A DNA stretch of 64,000 nucleotides from Eledone cirrhosa (Eukaryota): positions 379,006,001 through 379,070,000 of the forward strand of contig OZ024741.1 in the NCBI GenBank assembly GCA_964016885.1. The letters run 5' to 3'. This document shows positions 57,567 to 64,000 of this stretch, piece by piece (position 1 is the first letter of the stretch; the number at the start of each line of letters is the position of its first letter). Position numbers and translations under genes: made by a program. The notes below the pieces were generated by a model that saw only the letters and a list, made by a program, of their open reading frames with translations, was not told the origin of the DNA and did not search any database.

Positions 57567-57995
57567 CTGTGGTTGTCTGTCTGTCTATCGATTTTTGGCA
57601 CACATCTCCTCTTAGAATCTCTGACGGAATAGCACCGAAATTGCTATACCTGTACATTGAGCCCTAGCGAAGACATCGGAAAAAAAACATTTCAAATCGA
57701 CCCACCCTATGTGACGAAATCGTATCTAATGTATCGATTTTTGATCGTAAGTGACGAGTTATTTCCCTTTGTTCTATATATATAATGCTGTGGTTGACTG
57801 TCTGTCTATCGATTTTTGGCACACATCTCCTCTTAGAATCTCTGACGGAATTGCACCGAAATTGCTATACTTGTACATTGAGCCCTAGCGAAGACATCGG
57901 AAAAAAATATTTCAAATTGACCCACCCTATGTGACGAAATCGAATCTAATGTATCGATTTTTAAGCGTAAGTGACGAGTTATTTCCCTTTGTTCT
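57566..57995 (+). mobile_element. Tandem duplication (221-bp period) of a probable non-autonomous Helitron-type 5' end
   Basis: Units at 57566 and 57787; junction TCTATATATATAATGCTGTGGTTGACTGTCTGTCT. Confidence 0.55.
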
Positions 57996-59124
57996 GTTTA
58001 TATTGAGCGTCTTACGTTCTGTTTACATTTTCTGCGTGCAAAAATAAAAAAAATTACGCTGGCTTTCTCAGCGTTTAAAATGACATTAACACAATACACG
58101 AACAGTTGTCGAGCCAGCAAAATTTTGACCTGCAAAATTCATCAGTTCGAACACTAAGCGTCCGTTTTGCTTCATTTCCATTTAAAAGCCTTTTAAAACA
58201 ATATTTTTACTTGAAAACAAGTCTATTTAAAGACTACGTAAAACAAGAAAATATTTCGTAAAAAAAAAACAAAAATTATATAAGTTTATTTAAAATATAT
58301 GTATCTGTAAATTTCGTTAGGCGTGAAGACAGACCGTCGTGCAGACAGACTTTAAGCCAAAAAAGAAACTTAACGTTGTAACTTTAACACAGCTACTGAG
58401 CGACACCGAGGAAAAATAAATTATATAATACTCACTGTCAGGCTTTGCTTACACATCCACATATGTTTGTCTACTAACCTTGTAATTATAAGTATTATTT
58501 TATGTCAATTTATAATATATTATATTGTATTGTAATATTGATCATTATTACTTACTGTTCATTATATGTAACATTATGACATTTAAACTTTATATATCAT
58601 GTAAGATGTCTGTATTTTTTGTAATATTGTAATATTGATCCTTATTACTTACTGTTCATTATATGTAACATTATGATATTTAGACTTTACATATCATGTA
58701 AGATGTCTGTATATATTTTTTTCTGTACCATCATAATTTTTACAGTACCATTATAGTGGTTTTTTGAGTATTATATAATTTATTTTTCCTCATTTACTCT
58801 GTAACCCAGTATGAATCGATTTGTATACATTGTTTATGGTAAATGTTAGTACATTGTTTACGTATTATCATTGTATTTTATTGTGACATCTATATTGTTT
58901 CTGTAAATTAACCGGGGATTATCTATTTTATTATATTATATTGAATTATATAATGTTATTGTTTATTATTTATTATATGTGTCTCTTGTAATTATATCAT
59001 ATTATTGCCTCATGTATATTGGGTAGATGTATTGGTATTATTTTCACTCTTATCATGCTTATTTTTATATTCAAACTTCTAATAGGGCTTAATTTGTGTA
59101 GTTGATCATAGATGTGTGTATTGT

Positions 59125-59162
<38 letters not shown>

Positions 59163-59484
59163 CATATATACATGTATATATTGTACCTTTTGATTTTTAA
59201 TTTGTAATTTTAATGTTGGTAAAGGTATATTATTATAATGTATTATGTTTATTGCATTGTGTTATATATAATTTGTTTAGATTTAGGTTAGTTGTTTTGG
59301 ACTATATTTGTAATATGGTTCTTAATGTTATCTACATCCTTAGTTATTCTTATTATTATATATTTTTATTATTTTTATTTTTATTTTCATTTTTATTATC
59401 ATATATTTTTGTAAGACTTTAGTGTATGCACACTCCATATTCTTCAGAGTTTCCGGCTTGTATCTGCTGATATTACTTCTTGTT

Positions 59485-59541
59485 GTTTTGATTTCCCTGA
59501 TGAGTCCTTAATAGGACGAAACATTGTCGGCTAATAAAAAC
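59485..59541 (+). ncRNA. Type I hammerhead ribozyme, canonical core
   Basis: GTTTTGATTTCC-CTGATGA-GTCCT-TAAT-AGGAC-GAAA-CATTG-TC-GGCTAATAAAAAC; GUC triplet. Confidence 0.85.
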
Positions 59542-59711
59542 TTTTGATGTATTAAAGGATTCTTTGTTTTACTCTCTTAATATATATAATATATATATAT
59601 ATTTATAAATAATATATATATATAATAGAAACATTTGAACAGGAACAAAACAGAGAGGCAGTACAACGAATGTTTATTAATTTCACGCTCTGGAGAGTTG
59701 GGTGGTGGTAG

Positions 59712-59749
59712 GGAACGACGTTTCGGGCATAAGCCCTTCCTCAGGTGAG
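59712..59749 (-). ncRNA. Minimal type I hammerhead ribozyme in Neptune-like pLTR
   Basis: Minus: AC-CTGAGGA-A-GGGC-TTAT-GCCC-GAAA-CG-TC-GT; palindromic ACGT stem III; stem I weak. Confidence 0.75.
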
Positions 59750-61178
59750 AAGTGTGTGGGAACAGAGTTCAAAGGGTGTGTAGGGGAGTGGTGGAGAGAC
59801 ATATAGCGAAAGGTAACGGTGCAAATGAAATTAAAAATAAAAATAAAGCATGATCAAAATAAAAGGAATGAAATAAAAATAAATATAAAGGCATGATCAA
59901 AATAAACTGAAATTAAAAAGGGGTAAAACAGGTGGTGGAAGGGTGTGGGGTGTATAGGGGTGGTGGCGGGTGGAGTGGGGAGAGGGAGACGGGGTGTCCG
60001 AGCGGGGAGGGCTGAAGATGGTGTGTGTGTGTATGTGAAAGTAAGGGTTGGGGGAAGAACGGGGTTGCACGTTCAGGAAGAGGTGTGTGGGGGGGGGGGG
60101 GTTTGTAGGTCGGAGTGTCTGTGGGTGTGTGGTTAGAGGGGTGGGCGGAGAGGAATCAGGAGGCGGAGGGTGTAAATATGTGATGGAAAGCACGTGTGTG
60201 TGGGGTTTAAGCGTGTTGTGGGTGTAGGTGGCGTGTGGGAGAAAAAACATTTTTGGGGTGTGTGTGTGGGTGAGTTATATAGGTGATTCCGTAAGAGGAT
60301 GGTTGAAATGTTGGTAAATTCCTATGATGTTTAGTAGATTCCGTGGTGGTCAAGTTCCACATACGAGTATTCCATGAAGAGATGGTAGGAAGAGGAGAGA
60401 TGTGGGGTGCGCGCGCAACAGGAAGTGGTCAAGCGGTGGGAGTGATGTGTGTCTGTTTGTGCTGGGAGGTGGTCAGTGGGCATAGCAGCAGTCAGGTTGA
60501 ATGGTAAAGGGGCGAGGATGGCTAGGTGTGTAAGTTGGAGTGAGGAGGGTGTGTGTGTGTATTAGTAGAGGTGTTAGTGGGATGAGTGAGTGTGAAGCGA
60601 GGGTGTGGGTGGAGCGGGGAGAGAAGGGTGTGTGTAGTTATATGGAGGGAGTGGGGTGTACTGGTGTGTGTGTAGTTTGATGAAAGGGGTGTTAGTATAC
60701 GGGAGGTGGGGAAAGTTTTGAATGCAGGTGTGAGTGGGGGTTAGTGGTGGTAGGGTGTGTAGAGTTGGTGGTGTACGAGGGTGTGTGGGTACGTGTGCGT
60801 GGGGTTGGGGGTGTTAGTGATGTTAGTTGAGTGTGGGGTTGGTGGTGTAAGTGTGTTCCTGTGCTAGGGGTCAGGGGGTGTTAGTGGGGTTAGTTGCGGG
60901 GTGGTGGGATGGAGGTTTGGGGGTAAGGGTTAGTGGTGGTAGTTGGGTGTGTGTTTAGTGTGAGCGCGTGTATATATGTGCCGTGGGTGTGTGCGTGTGA
61001 TGAGGATGGGGGGGGGGAGAAGAAGGGAGGGATGTTAGTATGTTAGTTGGGGAAGGGTGGTCGGATGAGGGGTGGAGTGGAGGTGTTAGTATTGTTAGTT
61101 GTCGGGTGGGCGGTGAAAAGGAGGGGTGTGTTAGTGGTTTTAGTGGGTGATAAGTGTGTGGGAGGGGGCGGTCGAAGG

Positions 61179-63930
61179 CTAAAGGAATAAGGGTGGGGAG
61201 TTCAGGCCAGGGGGAGTGTGGGTCTGAAAGATGAAGATAGTTCTTTCTTCAACTCTAAGGCGATTGGCGGGTGCTCCGTGGCATTGGAGTAGGCCACAGA
61301 CTGTGAGATGGCGTGCGGAATGTCCAGGGCCACCAAAGTGGCGGGCGATGGGGGAACTACCACCGAGACGAATATCCCTGAGGTGCTCAGTAAATCGGTC
61401 CCGCGGGCGACGTCGCGTCTGTCCGACATAAGTCGTAGACGAAGTCCGTAGACTAGGTTGGAGGAGGTGCAGCGGAAGGCATGCCGGACAGAGAGAGAGT
61501 GACCGTTGGGACCCTGGAAGGTGGTGGTGTTGGTGATGTGGGGACAGGTGTTGCAGCGGGGCCTAGAACAGGGAAAGGAACCGGGGGGGGGGGGGGGGGG
61601 CACAGAGCGTGGATTGGGGGGTAGGGAGCTGTGGACGAGGAGGGTGCAGAGATTGCGTGCGCGTTTGAAGGAGGGGAGTGGTGGGGTTGGGAAGATGTGG
61701 AAGGTGGAGTGGTCGGACTGGAGGCGTCGGAAGAGGCGGCGGATGGTGCGGTGGAGGAGTAAGGTGGAGGGGTGGTAGGTGCTGGGGAAGGGGAGACGGT
61801 GGGTGGGTGTGCGGTGGCGTGGGCTGAGGTTGGTGGAGCGGTGGACAGCACGGGCGCGGGTGAGAGCGGTGTGGACGGGGGGGGGGTAACCTCTGCTGAT
61901 GAGATGAAATGGCCAACTAGGGAAAGGGCCTGGGACTCGAAGTCACCATCTTCGCTACAGAGGCGGCGGATCCTGAGGAGTTGGGAGTAGGGAATGGAGT
62001 GTTTAGTGTGGGTGGGGTGGGAAGAGGTGAAGTCGAGGTAAGAGTGGGAGTCGGTGGGTTTGAAGAAGGCGGAGGTGACGAGGGAGTGGTGGGAGGGGTC
62101 GAAGGAGATGTCTAAGAATTGGACGTGGGTGGTGGAGATAGAGGTGGTGAAGTGGAGGGTGGGGTGGAAGGAGCAGAAGAAGGAGAGAAAGGAGTCGAGC
62201 TGTTCTCAGGTGAGGGTCGTGGCTCCGATACAGTCGTCAATGTAACGACCGTACAGTCCGGGCGTGGGGCCGGTGTATTGGGCAAATATTTGGGCATCAA
62301 CATGGCCAACAAAAAGGTTGGCAAAGTTCGGGCCCATTCTTGTACCCATGGCTAACCCCGTGACCTGTTGGTAAAACTCACCCGAGAAGGAGAAACAATT
62401 GAGGGTGAGGACCAGCTCGGCGAGGCGAAGGAGGGTGGGGGTGGATGGAATGGGGGAGGGGCTAAGGTCGAGGTAGTGTTTGAGGGCGCGTAGGCCGTCG
62501 GCGTGGGGGATGACGGTATAGAGGGATTTGATGTCTAGGGTGAAGAGGAAGGGCTGTGGGCCGGGTGGGTAGGTGAAGGAGTCGAAAAGGCGCAGGGCGT
62601 GGTTGGTGTCGGAGATGTGGGAGGGGAGGAAGGTGACAACGGGGGCGAGGATAGAGTCGAGAAAGGCGGAGATGAGTTCGGTGGGACAGTTGCAAGCGGA
62701 GACGATGGGGCGGCCGGGGTTGTCGGGTTTGTGGAGTTTGGGGAGGAAGTAGATGGTGGGGGTGCAGGGGGTGCGGACGATGAGGTGGGAAGCTGTGGGG
62801 GGAGGGAGGGAGGAGGCGATAAGGTCTTGGTTGGTGGAGGAGACTTGTTGTGGGTAGAGGTGGGTGGGATCAGAGGGAAGAGGGCGGTAGAAGAGGGGGT
62901 TACAGAGCTGCCTGAGGGCTTCGGCCGTGTAGAGGTCCGCGCGCCACACCACCACGGCGCCTCCCTTGTCCGCCGGTTTGATGACGATGTCATCCCGGCT
63001 ACGGAGGGATCGGAGAGCGAGGAGTTCGCCCCGTGAGATATTGTACCGTTTGGAACGGTGGCGAAAGTCGAAACGATTTACTGCGCTATGGCTGGCATCG
63101 ACGAACGCGTCCATGGTGCTAAATTGCCCTGGGGCCGGCGTCGAAGAACATAGTCGTCGGCCCAGGGCGAGAAACGGGTCTGGGGCGTCCGGAGCCGGTG
63201 GCGTTCGGCCGAAATGTGCCTGTAGCTTAGTGCGTCGCACGAATCGCTCGACTTCCGTTCGGGTGCGGAACTCGTCGCTGTGCGGAGTGTGAGGTATGAA
63301 GCGAAGGCCTCTACTAAGGAGTGAGCGCTCAGGTGCGGAGAGAGGGAGGTCAGGGGGTATGGTGACAACACGTGGTGGGGTTTGGCTGTGTGGGGGGAAG
63401 GGAGGCGTTGTGAGGGGTGAGGTGGAGGGTGGAGATTGGGTAGGGGTGTGGGTCGAGGGATGGGTGGAGAGTGGTGGGCGTATGGGGATAGGCGGGTGGT
63501 GGTGGATGGGGGTGGTTGGTAGGAGTGAGTGTAGATTGCGGGCCTTGGTGGAGCTGAGGAAGGAGAAGACGTTGTGGTTGAGGTTTTGGATGAAGGAGAG
63601 GATGGCTTGGGCGAGGAGGGGGTGGCAGCTGGAGTTAAGGCGGAGGAGGGTGGGGGTCAGTTGGTGGTCAAGTTGGCGGAGGGTGGAACGGGAGGCGCGG
63701 ATGGAGTTGCGTATCAGGAGGCGTAAGGATCGGGTGAGGATACGTTGCGTGGAGGGTGAAGCGGCGGGGGAAGGGTGGAAGTGTAGACGGAAGCCGAGGG
63801 GGATAAGGTGGAGGCGGAGGCAGTGGCTAAGGAAATGGATGTGGCTGGAGTGCCGAGATTTGGCGAAGAGACGGTAGGAGAGTTGAAGGGCAGAGTGGGA
63901 GGAGGGGGGTGAGGAAAAGTTTGAAGCGAT
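61179..63930 (-). pseudogene. Neptune-like PLE RT and GIY-YIG polyprotein, frameshifted
   Basis: VIKPADKGGAVVVW, IYFLPKLHK...PGRPIVS, LDIKSLYT, GLAMGTRMGPNFANLF, YGRYIDD, GSFPCSRPRCNTCPHI, FRCTSSNLVY, TPPGLN. Confidence 0.92.
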
Positions 63931-64000
63931 TATATAGTTGGTGGAGAAAGGATGTCAGGCTGGGCATGAGGGGCGTTGGTTGAAAGCAGGGGGAGGGATG

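Larger units (their letters stand above)
59626..64000 (-). mobile_element. Penelope-like element (Neptune-like), near complete, with long C/A-rich 3' UTR
   Basis: Coding region ~63930-61180, pLTR HHR at 59717-59744, AATAAA at 59673-59678, ends at TA tract. Confidence 0.9.

Noticed and set aside
61453-63877. Overlapping Pro/Ser- and Gly-rich ORFs
   Set aside because: Alternative frames of the C-rich Neptune-like coding strand

Overview
AT-rich eukaryotic (animal) DNA dominated by (TA)n/(CA)n microsatellites and decayed transposons; the SINE family and repeat landscape suggest an octopus-like cephalopod (inference). No intact host gene was identified, and most ORF-track entries are microsatellite artefacts. 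Recognisable mobile elements: Penelope-like retroelements (PLEs) of several types (RT plus C-terminal GIY-YIG), three Tx1-type LINEs, RTE and R4-like LINE fragments, a Helitron RepHel pseudogene and many tRNA-derived SINEs. The main signal is a dense set of type I hammerhead ribozymes (HHRs), about ten sequence-unrelated families read by eye. Three are embedded once per monomer in non-coding tandem arrays (310, ~424 and ~640 bp units) inserted in TA tracts, i.e. retrozyme-like elements predicted to yield self-cleaved, possibly circular RNAs. The rest lie in PLE terminal repeats or in long palindromes. All folds and alignments were done manually and element boundaries are approximate.
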